Assembly: GCA_002269645.1 (NCBI GenBank)
Contig: NIVC01000701.1
Coordinates: forward strand, 126,176-190,175
Source of the DNA: Macrostomum lignano
Taxonomy: Eukaryota
Length of the DNA: 64,000 nucleotides
Direction: 5' to 3'
The notes beneath the pieces are model-generated. The model was given only the letters and a program-made list of their open reading frames with translations. It was not told where the DNA came from and made no database searches. A program made the translations under genes and the position numbers. Shown piece after piece: positions 37,531 through 48,839 of this stretch (position 1 is its first letter; each line of letters opens with the position of its first letter).

Positions 37531-40500
37531 TCAGTTGCTGATGCTCACAGCTCGTCCGCCCCTGCGGCTGCTGCTGCTGACCTCGCGGGAGACGCTGACG
37601 GACCGGATCACGGTGCTGCCGCGACGGACAGACATGGTACGCTCGGCGATGTCGGCCCGGTGCTCGGCCTCCTCAATCTGCTGCTGGGCCTTGCGGTACT
37701 TGCTCATGCAGATAGCGGACACCTCCTCCTGCGCAATGGGGAGAGGGATATCGAGGGAGATGTGACGGATCGGTAGTAAGCCCCCTAAGTCTGCTGATGA
37801 TATAATTGTTACTATCTTTCATTTGTGGATTTTCTCAAATTATCGATTTGATTCTAGTTTTGTCCGATATTGGTCACAAGTTTGTCCAGCTGAAGAGTTG
37901 AATTCGTGAGAGTCTGAATTTTGAACAGTGATTTATTCAGGCTACTAGTATTATCCATTTACTAGCGCGCCCGTACGCCTTGATAAGCTATGCATCAAAG
38001 CTATAAAACACGATGATAGTGTGCTGAACGCGCCATCTCTCGAACTCGTGGATCGTGGATGGAAACTCGGTTCTATTCTACAGCTTATACGAGCGTGCTG
38101 CCATTAGATAGATAGAGAGGTCGAATCCCACGGCCAGGAAGATTTCAAAGGCAAAGAGTGGAGGCTGACGGATGGGGTGGCTGTAGATGCCTATCAGATG
38201 GGGAGGGGGGAGTGGGCAGGTAGTTTTAAAGTTAAACGCACTGCGCGCGCAATATTTCCTAACCTTGTAAAATCCTGGTCGCGTGGCGGTGACTGACTTT
38301 CTGGCCCCATGCAGGCTCTGTCGTTTTTCTCTCTCCCATCAACCCAAATCCTCTTCCCTGTCGCGTAATTGTCTGAGCTGCGTAGGCCGATCGATAGAAT
38401 TCCCACCGCCTGCCTGCCTGCGTGCCCCCCCCCGCTGGGGACGTTTAGATGGGGATTCTGGGCCGGGCGGTTCGCGAATGCCAGCTGGCAACTGGCTTGC
38501 GGGCAGGAGGTCCCTATCGAGTTCTGACATTTCTACAGTTTGCTGTGGGGCTGGGACTGATGTATGGGGATCGGGAAGGTAGAGTTTAAGGAAGGTTGAA
38601 AGCGGAATTGCCATTGCCGAAACTTCAATTGACAACAAGCAAATCGTTCTTATTTACCTTTTCATTTTTTAAGAGGACTTACTCTCACGCGGAGCTTTAT
38701 TTGCAAGAAAATGAAAGTTTTGGGAACTTAATTTTCTATACTAACGTGATATCCAGTGTCACAAAGACATTTTAGAGTAACCGATTACAGAACAAGGACT
38801 TCTGAAGTAGACTTAATAGGGACTATGCTGTCCTTGTGACAAAGATACTAAACCTTACGGCATCCAGTGCAACAAAGATATTTCACAGTAAATCATTGAC
38901 TCAACTGTGGAATCGAGAATGCAAAATCCGTGAAACTTAGATTCAACTTACCGACTCCTCAATCTGGCGTTTATATGCCTTGAGCTTGAGCTGCGTCTTG
39001 TCCAGCAGGTCCTGCAGCTCCATATTCATTCGGCGCTCCTCTTCAGCCTGGGTGACGGCTTCCTTCGCTTGGCGCTCGAATTTACGAGCGGCAGCCACGC
39101 TGTCCTTGGAGCGGCGCTGCTCCTGGTCCAGCTCGGCCTCGAGATCGCGCACCCGGCCCTGCAGCTTCTGAACCATCCGGCGGCCCTCTCTGGTGGCAAA
39201 GGCTTCAGCCTCCTCCAGCTTCACGGTGATCTCGCGGATCTCAACCTGAGTTTGGAAGAGTAATTAACTCATATTGTGCCTTTCAGCTGGCCATAGGGAT
39301 CATAAATACCACCTACCTCAAGCTGTTTGCGAAGCGACTCGGCATTTTTGTAGTTCTCCTGCTCCATCCGCAGCTCATCAGCCAGCCGCTGAGCCTCTCC
39401 GGCCAGCCGGTTGGCCCGGTCGGACTCGGCCAGACGAGCCGACTGCGCCTCCTCCGCCTCCGACTGAGCGCCAGAGAGTTCCGCCTCCAGGCGGCGCTTG
39501 TCCCCGGCCAGGCTTTGCAGCTGCGCAGTCAGGTGGTCCAGCCGGCTGCTGGTCTCGCGCAGCTCAGCCTCAGCCGACTTGGCCTTGCGCTCCATGGCCT
39601 CCAGCGTCGTGCGCACTTGCTCCAGCTCGCTCTGGGCAGCGGCGCGTCGCTTCTCGGCGGCGCTGACAGCAGTCTGTGCCGCCTCGTGCGCCCGACGCTC
39701 TTCCTCCAAGAGTATCTCCAGCTCGTGTGTTCGCGACTGCAGCGACTTGACCTCCTTGGCCAGATTAGCATTAGCCCGGTTCAGGTTGTCCACCTGGGCT
39801 TCCAGATCGGCAGCCAGCGATTCGTACTTCTTGCGCGCCCTGCTGATCTCGCTCTTGTACTTGGTCTCGATTTCCGTGATGGTCACGTGCAACTCTTCAA
39901 TGGTCCTCTGGCTGGTCTTGCGGACGTTCTCGAGCTCTGCTTCGCGGTCGCGCAGACGGGCCTCCAGCTCGGACTTCAGGGATGCCAGAGCTTGAGTCGT
40001 CTGCTGGTATTTGAGCTCAAGCTCGCGCAGAGCCTCCTCGGCATCCTGCAGCGAGGAAGACAGCGAATCTCGCTCAGCCTGCAACTGGTTACGCGTAGCC
40101 TCCGACTCAGTGAGGCGCCGGCTAAGGTCGCGGTTGCTACTGTTGGCGTCCTTTAGCTGCGAAGTCAGCTGGGCGTTCTCCCGCTCCAGCTGGTTGCGAC
40201 GATCCTCCGAGGTTTGCAAATCTTTGCGCATCCGAGCGAGCTCCGATTGCAGCTCGTGGTTAGCGGAAGATAGACTGCTGTTCTCCGAGGTCAGCTCTTC
40301 CACCCGAATGGTTAGCTGGTTAACCGAAGACTCCGCTTGTCTAGCGCGAGACGCAAGCTCCTGATTGGCCGCCTGCAGAGCGTCCAGGTCGCTCTGAATG
40401 TCCCTCAGCTCAAGCGTCAGCTTCTGCTTGGTCTTCTCCAAATTGCTGGCGCGGCTTCGCTCGCGCTCCGATATGTCCTCAAGTTCTGTGATGCGGATGG

Positions 40501-42034
40501 TCAACTTCTTGCGGATCTCTTCATACTCCTCGATCTTGACCACAATGTCGCGCTCGTACTTGGTCTTTGAGGCGGCCAAGTCGGCATTAAGCTTGGACAG
40601 CTGGGTGCGCAGGTTGCCTGTAGCCTCGCTCTCCTCCTCATACTTGGACTGCAGGTTAAAATAGTCCTGCTGCAGCGAAATCAACTGGCTCTGGATGTTG
40701 GTGCGAGACTGAAGAGCGAGTAAAGGGTTAAACAGTTACTGTTTCTCATTTCCAGGGAATTTTCAGGTAGCGTCAAGTCAATACTCAAAAGACGCTTACT
40801 CTAGTTTCCTCATCAAGTGTCTTCTTCATGTCCTCCAGCTGGTTATGTAGCGACGAGCGCGCCTTGCTCAGCGTGGCCGCCTGCGATTCGTAGTCGTGCG
40901 CCGCCCTCTGCAGCTCGACATTTTCAGTTTGCAGTCGGCTGTGAGACTCCTGTAGGGTGCGCAACTGCGACGTGAGCTCGTCGTTCTGGGACCGCAGTCG
41001 CATTAGCTGAGCCTCCAGGGCCTCGTATTTCGTTTCGAAAGAGTTCTGCAATAATTATGAAGAGCAGAGAAAGTAATAATCTTGCGCCAGAAATGAAAAC
41101 AACTTGTACAAAGTATGCTACCTTAGCCTTAATAGTCATATCCAGCTGGCTAGCCATGTCGTCAATTTCCACCAGCATAGAAGTCTTGTCCTTCTCCGCT
41201 CGAGCCCTCTGCTTGTTGGCATTCTCCAGCTCACTAGTGAGCTCCGTGATCATCAAAGTGTACTTCTTCTTCACCGTCTGTTCCACGCTTTCCAGCTGGC
41301 TGTTGGCCGCCTCCAGCTCCTTCTTTAGCTTCATCGTTTCCTGATCCCGTCGGCGCATCAATTCCTGGGCTTGCGAGCTGACGCCGCCGGCCTCCTCAAG
41401 GCGCTCGTTCGCCGCCTCAAGCTGGTAGGCGTAGTCGTGCATGTTGCGCTCCGCCTGGTTAGTGTGATTAATGGGAAAATGTCCCTTTTTAAAAAGGATA
41501 CACATAGGCGCTGCATTCCTTGTGTGTACATGATCTTGGTGGATATAAAGCCTGTAGACAATCCTTCCTTGTACTATGTGCTCCGTACAAATGAGAATTC
41601 AAATTGAGATGCATAAATTGGTGACAATTTAACATGAATTTGAGATGACAAGAATCGAAGGTACATTCACTAGATTCACAATATTCAATTATGAGGAAAG
41701 GGTTAAGAGTATAAGAAAAGTTATTTTGAGTCGCTCAATACGCTTTTATTAATGCCTATAGTCTTTTATTTACCCGGACTCGTCCATCGCGCTCAATTTC
41801 CAGAAGATCTTCTAGTTCCTTAATGCGAGACTAAAATAAAAAAGCGAATAACTACTTATGAGTCGTTTGAACTTAAGTCGTTGATAAATATTAAGCCGGA
41901 AGCTAGTAGTTACTCACCTCCAACCGAGTCTGACTGGCAGGCGACAGGCCGCGGTAGACACTGCGACCAGCGAACGACGACGACCCGGAGGCCTCGGTGC
42001 GTGAACTCCTCGACATGACACCGCCCGAACTCAT
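37531..42034 (-). CDS. PRM: Paramyosin, 7 coding exons, 878 aa
   Basis: Exons 42034-41918, 41830-41774, 41454-41122, 41045-40800, 40708-39317, 39245-38952, 37728-37531, all phase 0. Coiled coil with paramyosin hallmarks: [109 protein letters not shown]. Closely resembles flatworm paramyosins. Confidence 0.95.
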
Positions 42035-42952
42035 AGTTACCTCGGTGGTGGTCCTGGCAATGGGCACGAGTTCAGGAAGGAATAGCGGGGATGAATGCAC
42101 AAATCGACGAAAGAATCGAGCGATAGCGACACTTTTAACCCGACCGAGGACGCTAGCTAAGGCTGTCCAGCGGCCAATCGTCGCAGCCAGGCAACAGCGC
42201 ACCTGCTTGATTCTCTCAGTTGGTACCTTCATCCCTATCCCTCACGGGACTTCGATCGGTTTTGCTTGGACAGATCGGATGCATTTTCGGGCGAATGACT
42301 AAGTCACCGTAGCGTATTCTCTGTGCGACCAGGTATTTAAGCTGGGATGGTGAACTGCATACTATCTAACCGCGAACCTATTTCTACATGATTTTGTGCT
42401 TCTATATTTGGCTATATATCCGCTTTGGATGTTACGCGTACTTAGCTCTAATACCTGAATAATACCTGTCTTTTAAAATTAGTGGTTCTTACACGTAAAA
42501 CTTAGCAAGAAAACAGAGCAGAAAGTATAGAAAAGCTTTCTCAGCTGCACTTACCTTTCCACGGTAGATCGACTCATTTTTCCTTATCTATTTGCGAAAG
42601 TAAAGGGCTAAGAAATCTATGGAGAAGGGATGTCAGCAGAAAGCAGAAATCACCTCCGAGTAGAAAATCTCAATAAATTTGGCTTAGAGTGTTTGATTGC
42701 AGCTTCTGACAGGCGCGAAAGAAATTTTGAAATCCAGAAGCCACAGGCAAACTGGTGAACTTGAAATGCTAGATAGAAAAAAGTCAGAAAAATTCGAGCA
42801 GTTCGCTAGTAAAAGACAAAATTGTTGGACAAAGCCAAAGCTGCTGATAGTTTAGAAATATATGGAAGTCTGTGTGATTCAGAGAAGCCAGGTGGAGAAG
42901 GAGAGACTGCAGGAGAGGCGCCGGGGGCAACGGCTGGATGCTGGCTGCCGAA

Positions 42953-42958
42953 TTTATA
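42953..42958 (-). promoter_or_regulatory. Possible paramyosin TATA box
   Basis: GCATATAAATT on the minus strand about 0.9 kb upstream of the ATG, with a candidate 5' UTR donor near 42554. Confidence 0.3.
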
Positions 42959-44988
42959 TGCCAGCGGAGAAAGAGAAGATTCAGGATTTGGAAAGCGGGA
43001 CAGGAACACAAATACACACAGACTGACTGAGAGACGCACGGAGAGACTTGCAGATAGTCGCAGCCGAATTGCGTGTCTAGGCGCAAATCCACTCTAGGCG
43101 AAGTGAATGACGCGGTGTACACTATAGCCAAATACACAGGCCGCAGCTGAAGACATCAAGGTACAGCATCACGCGGGGGGAGGGCAGTTCGCGAGAAGAG
43201 CGGCTATAGGCAGGCCAGTGTGCAGCAGGCCAGAAACTTGGAGAGAATGTCGAGGCGGCTAGCGGCGAGGTCTTTGCCAAAATGTCATCGCAAGCAACAG
43301 AGACAAGACATGTATACATTAAACTTCCAAATCCCCGCCTTTGTTAAAAAGTTCCACAATACCAACCACTGTGACAACAGCTGTTATGCGTCGATTTTGC
43401 AATTCCAAACTTAGTAGTATAGGCATGGAATAAAAACCGATGCAGAAGGTCCACTTGTAAGAAGGCTACGGCATGCGCATCTATCCAATGTATTATGAAA
43501 AAATCTATCCATCCAAAAAGAGAATGGTACTTGTATATTATTTCCACGGAGTATTGAAGTAATCTATAACGTTATTTCTAGTGGTCCTTGAACAATGCTA
43601 GTAAAATTCAGGCTTTCGGTACAACACGTGCAGACTAAGTCTTAATCTACATCCATTTCGAAAATGTTTCTCCAAAAGATATGAGGGGAGGAGAGAAAGT
43701 TCTGAATTGAAAACTGCAATCCCAGGCATGCCCAGGGAATCGTAGCCAGCTTGTGTTTATGCTATGCAGCTTATGCACGACTATCAGCGAGCGATCCTTG
43801 CGAACCCTAGGAATCAGATCGGAGATAATGCTCATTTCCCACGTTGATCATGCCGCGTGACTACCGCAGGACGGCAAATACTGGATAGAGGCGGAGATGA
43901 AAGAAACGAACAGCTTTCTAAAAGAGCGCCATGCACCCACTCCACGTCTTAAAAAGCACCCATGATATTTTTCTGTGCATCTGTGATTTTTCAACCACTA
44001 ATCTGGTTGTTGTTGCGTCTACGGTCTGCCGTAGTCATGCAGTGCGCCTTGACACGCAATGACCTTGCCGCCTCGTCATTCTCTTTGGCAGTCTAAGGCT
44101 CACTAGCTGACGAAATTAGTCAGCTTGAGTCTCTTGTAATACAATATTTCGACTCACTATTGTTTGCACAAAAATTCTACATTGATGTTTGCTTAGTAAA
44201 ACCGTTTCTCTACTTCCAGTTCAGTAGTAATAAATCATGTGTATGCTATTTTATGCGAGTAAAAAGGAAGACAGTCGGAGTTACTTGCAGACGTAAACAG
44301 CCACTTTTCTATAGGTGTAACCGTAATGTACATTAGCCCAGCACCACTGAAATGTACATGGCAGGCAGGCAGCTTTAGGCTGGAACAACCAGGTTAGAAA
44401 GGCAATAAAAATTGGGTGGCGGACGTGGACAGACCCGGTCTGAGGGGTAACAAATACATTAAAATGCTTCTAGATGTATTTGTAATGTAGATGTACTACT
44501 GACCTGACAGTAGCTTACACGCAAATTTGCTGAGTGGCCCATCGAATTATTATACAATAGTATGTGGCAAGAACAAACGGCTCCTTTCGGCCTCCATGGA
44601 CACAAAGCAATAAGCATAGAGCTGCCCTCTTAAATGGAAGCTTCTGCTTCTTCTTTTGAAGCACGTATGAACTTAAAGTCTAGATTTATAATTATATAGG
44701 CTGTTTCTTGGAAATATACTAATAGAATTAGACATATGACGCATTACTGACAGCTGCGTTACGCCAATTTTTTAACGTTTTACTATAGTTGATGATAACT
44801 TCATGATGCTACCTGTTCAAGTAGTGCAATAAAAATGTAAATAGTAATTATTTATAGTCTTAATTGGATTCTCACAAAACAACAAGATCTGTCCACTTTG
44901 AAATAATTCATTTAAACCAGGTAAAGTGGCTCGCTTGATGAAGAGTAGATAAATAAAGGTAAATATCAACATGAAGTATTATTTGAGT

Positions 44989-45032
44989 TGCCGATGCATT
45001 TCGTCCATTTGCATTAGGACATCGTCAGGGTC
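44989..45032 (-). ncRNA. Mirror copy of the hammerhead-like motif
   Basis: Exact reverse complement of 47891-47934 within the left arm. Confidence 0.55.
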
Positions 45033-45216
45033 TTTTTATTGAGAAACAATTTGAACGAATATTCAGTATATATAGATAGTTGAGAGTAACAAGAGTAGTT
45101 GACTTGAGTTTTTAATTGATGGTTTAAAACTTGTACATAGTAAACAATTTTTGATACAGTATTGGTTGGGTAAAGTGCATATCAGTTTCAAGCCAGTCCG
45201 GTCATTGACAAATCAG

Positions 45217-46512
45217 CTAAAAAATTCTGAGTTGACGGCTAGCCCCACCCATCGCAAGTTGGTTATTTAACGTGGGCTGTTTGGTCTTAATGTACAGGGC
45301 TTCTAATAGGCAGAGCATGTGATCTCTATTACAAAAATCAATAGCCTTAATCATTTCGTGTGGTTCAGCCTCACAACAAGAATTGCAGGTTAGCAGGTGT
45401 TCGTTAATAGCAGAGTTTTTTAGCCAGTGCTCTCTGACCCTCGTGTATAAGTGTCGTTTAGTTTTTCCTATGTAGGAGATGCTCTGGTCCTCAGAGCAAA
45501 CAAATTTATACACGACACCAGCCGCGAGAGGACGTGGAACACTGGATTTCAACTTGCAGACAAACTTAGCAATCTTTTCGGTGCGAAACACAACACGGAT
45601 TTGAGTGTTTAAGTCTTTACGGAGCAGCTTTTCTAACTTCTTTTTAAACTCTATAGAACAAACACCAAAGTAAGGCAAAGTGATCAAGGGACATTCAGAG
45701 GTGGAATCACGAACTTTCATCCGATTAGGTTCAGTCAGTTTGTCATTGAGAAAAGAGTTGACAATTTTCATCACAAAGTTCTTAGGATAGCCATTGTAGC
45801 TGAGCAGATTGGTGAGGATTTCAACTTCGTTGTGGAAAAGTCTCCAAGAGCTGCAAGTGGAAAAAGCCCGGTGAAGAAAGCAACGAATCAATCCGGTTTT
45901 CCATTGTCTAGGGCACAAGGCGTCAAACCTAAGCATAAGCCCGGTAAAGCTAGGTTTCCTATACACGCTGGTCGAAATAGTTTCATCGGTGGCGTCAACG
46001 TCAATGTCTAAGAAAGGAAGTCTTCTGCCTCCCCCTCCGCCGTGAATTTGATATTCTCATGAGTAGAATTGATTAACTTAAAAAACTCGTCCTTCTTAGC
46101 TTCGTCCTCAAAGATCGCAAACGTGTCATCAACGTAGCGTTTGTAGAAGTGAGGCGCACAAGGGAGGGCCATCCAGTCCTTCTCCCAGTGGGCCATGCAT
46201 AAATTAGCGAGGGTTGGGGCGAGAGGGCTGCCCATGGCACACCCATCAATCTGTCTGTAATATTTGTCCCGAAAAAGAAAGATGCCGGAGGTGGCGAATT
46301 TGAGCATCTTCTTAAAAGTGGCTTTGGAGAAAGGAGGTGGATCGGTTTTTTCATACACAAGATCAGCAGCCAGCTCAATGGTGAAATCGAGAGGGATGTT
46401 GGTGAACAGAGAAACAACATCAAAGCTATAAAGCCTGTCAGTTTGATTAATCGTGGTATTGCTGAGGCTCTCAATAAACTGTTTATTGGATCCCACACAG
46501 TGCTCAGAAGGA
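45217..46512 (-). pseudogene. PLE RT/GIY-YIG fragment, frameshifted (left arm, about 100 nt longer at its 5' end)
   Basis: Mirror of the right arm with the same 249-aa endonuclease ORF and the same frameshift. It extends through the spacer as PSEHCVGSNKQFIESLSNTTINQTDRLYSFDVVSLF. Confidence 0.88.
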
Positions 46513-46514
46513 CA

Positions 46515-47706
46515 TGTTCACCAACATCCCTCTCGATTTCACCATTGAGCTGGCTGCTGATCTTGTGTATGAAAAAACCGATCCACCTCCTTTCTCCAAA
46601 GCCACTTTTAAGAAGATGCTCAAATTCGCCACCTCCGGCATCTTTCTTTTTCGGGACAAATATTACAGACAGATTGATGGGTGTGCCATGGGCAGCCCTC
46701 TCGCCCCAACCCTCGCTAATTTATGCATGGCCCACTGGGAGAAGGACTGGATGGCCCTCCCTTGTGCGCCTCACTTCTACAAACGCTACGTTGATGACAC
46801 GTTTGCGATCTTTGAGGACGAAGCTAAGAAGGACGAGTTTTTTAAGTTAATCAATTCTACTCATGAGAATATCAAATTCACGGCGGAGGGGGAGGCAGAA
46901 GACTTCCTTTCTTAGACATTGACGTTGACGCCACCGATGAAACTATTTCGACCAGCGTGTATAGGAAACCTAGCTTTACCGGGCTTATGCTTAGGTTTGA
47001 CGCCTTGTGCCCTAGACAATGGAAAACCGGATTGATTCGTTGCTTTCTTCACCGGGCTTTTTCCACTTGCAGCTCTTGGAGACTTTTCCACAACGAAGTT
47101 GAAATCCTCACCAATCTGCTCAGCTACAATGGCTATCCTAAGAACTTTGTGATGAAAATTGTCAACTCTTTTCTCAATGACAAACTGACTGAACCTAATC
47201 GGATGAAAGTTCGTGATTCCACCTCTGAATGTCCCTTGATCACTTTGCCTTACTTTGGTGTTTGTTCTATAGAGTTTAAAAAGAAGTTAGAAAAGCTGCT
47301 CCGTAAAGACTTAAACACTCAAATCCGTGTTGTGTTTCGCACCGAAAAGATTGCTAAGTTTGTCTGCAAGTTGAAATCCAGTGTTCCACGTCCTCTCGCG
47401 GCTGGTGTCGTGTATAAATTTGTTTGCTCTGAGGACCAGAGCATCTCCTACATAGGAAAAACTAAACGACACTTATACACGAGGGTCAGAGAGCACTGGC
47501 TAAAAAACTCTGCTATTAACGAACACCTGCTAACCTGCAATTCTTGTTGTGAGGCTGAACCACACGAAATGATTAAGGCTATTGATTTTTGTAATAGAGA
47601 TCACATGCTCTGCCTATTAGAAGCCCTGTACATTAAGACCAAACAGCCCACGTTAAATAACCAACTTGCGATGGGTGGGGCTAGCCGTCAACTCAGAATT
47701 TTTTAG
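46515..47706 (+). pseudogene. PLE RT C-terminal half plus GIY-YIG endonuclease, frameshifted (right arm)
   Basis: ORFs 46514-46915 and 46957-47706 join through a frameshift at EDFL/(F)LDIDVDATDETISTSVYRKP. The N-terminal RT is missing. Confidence 0.88.
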
Positions 47707-47890
47707 CTGATTTGTCAATGACCGGACTGGCTTGAAACTGATATGCACTTTACCCAACCAATACTGTATCAAAAATTGTTTACTATGTACAAGTTTTAAA
47801 CCATCAATTAAAAACTCAAGTCAACTACTCTTGTTACTCTCAACTATCTATATATACTGAATATTCGTTCAAATTGTTTCTCAATAAAAA

Positions 47891-47934
47891 GACCCTGACG
47901 ATGTCCTAATGCAAATGGACGAAATGCATCGGCA
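47891..47934 (+). ncRNA. Minimal hammerhead-ribozyme-like motif in PLE 3' region
   Basis: CTGACGA-T-GTCC(taatgcaaat)GGAC-GAAA-TGCA-TC. Core CUGANGA/GAAA, stem II GUCC/GGAC, palindromic AUGCAU stem III and an AUC triplet. Stem I has only about 2 bp. PLEs are known carriers of minimal hammerheads. Confidence 0.55.
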
Positions 47935-48499
47935 ACTCAAATAATACTTCATGTTGATATTTACCTTTATTTATCTACAATTCATTTAAAATCTCTTAAT
48001 GTAGTGTAGAGATCTCCAAAATATAGTATAAGCAAGCGACTAGAAGCAGTAAGGAAGATTAGAATAGGTAAAACACAAACTTTAAATACCACGCCTTCAT
48101 ACTCAATTTCTAGTAAGATCACGAAAACAGTGAGTGAGAAAACCACGTCCGGTTTTCAACATATCTTTTTAGAAACCACCCAAGTATCACCTCTTCTATT
48201 CAAATAACTTCACCAGTCAAATGATAAAATTCCTTTCGTAACCTCATAATAAACCGGTTGAGAACAAGGTCGGTTCAAAATTGTGTATAAGTAGACCCGA
48301 CCTGGGGGGTACAGGATGGCAAAAGCCAGGGGTTACACAACCCAAAAATTCGAGGTGAAATCCCAGACTCGGAGCAGCCTCAAGAGACCTTGAGTACTTG
48401 ATGTTACGAGCGTATTCAAATAAGAAAATCTCCTGATTTTAAAATACTATGCAAGGAACGTCATCAAAAAGAGTGACATTCCACAAACCCCAACATGGA

Positions 48500-48795
48500 A
48501 TAGCCCATACACCCACCATTTTACAGTCGCCGTCCATACACCTACCATCTTAGAGTCGCCGTCCATACACCCACCATTTTACAGTCGCCGTCCATACACC
48601 TACCATCTTAGAGTCGCCGTCCATACACCCACCATCTTACAGAATAGCCCATGCACCTACCATCTTACAGAATAGCCCATACACCCACCATCTTACAGAA
48701 TAGCCCATACACCCACCATCTTACAGAATAGCCCATACACCCACAGTGTAACAGAATCGCCCATACACCCACCATCTTAAAGAATCGCCCACATA
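48500..48795. repeat. 28-bp minisatellite CATACACCCACCATCTTACAGAATAGCC
   Basis: About 10 units. Confidence 0.9.
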
Positions 48796-48839
48796 CGACT
48801 TGTCTGTTAGAGAACTTGCTAATGCTAGCAAGTTTGATT

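Larger units (their letters stand above)
44917..47978. mobile_element. Penelope-like element (RT + GIY-YIG), 5'-truncated, inserted as a head-to-head inverted duplication
   Basis: Arms 44945-46408 and 46515-47978 are reverse complements (1464 bp each). RT motifs FDVVSLFTNIP, QIDGCAMGSPLAP, RYVDDTF. GIY-YIG motifs GVVYKFVC..SYIGKT..RVREH..LEALYI. Flanked by direct repeat AATTCATTTAAA at 44905-44916 and 47979-47990. Confidence 0.93.

Noticed and set aside
38980-41344. Plus-strand Ser/Arg/Leu-rich ORFs
   Set aside because: Antisense shadows of the GC3-rich paramyosin exons.
43855-44040. Small inverted-repeat element (gcgtgactaccgcaggacgg / ccgtagtcatgc)
   Set aside because: The arms are short and mismatched and there is no TSD. 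Not distinguishable from chance.
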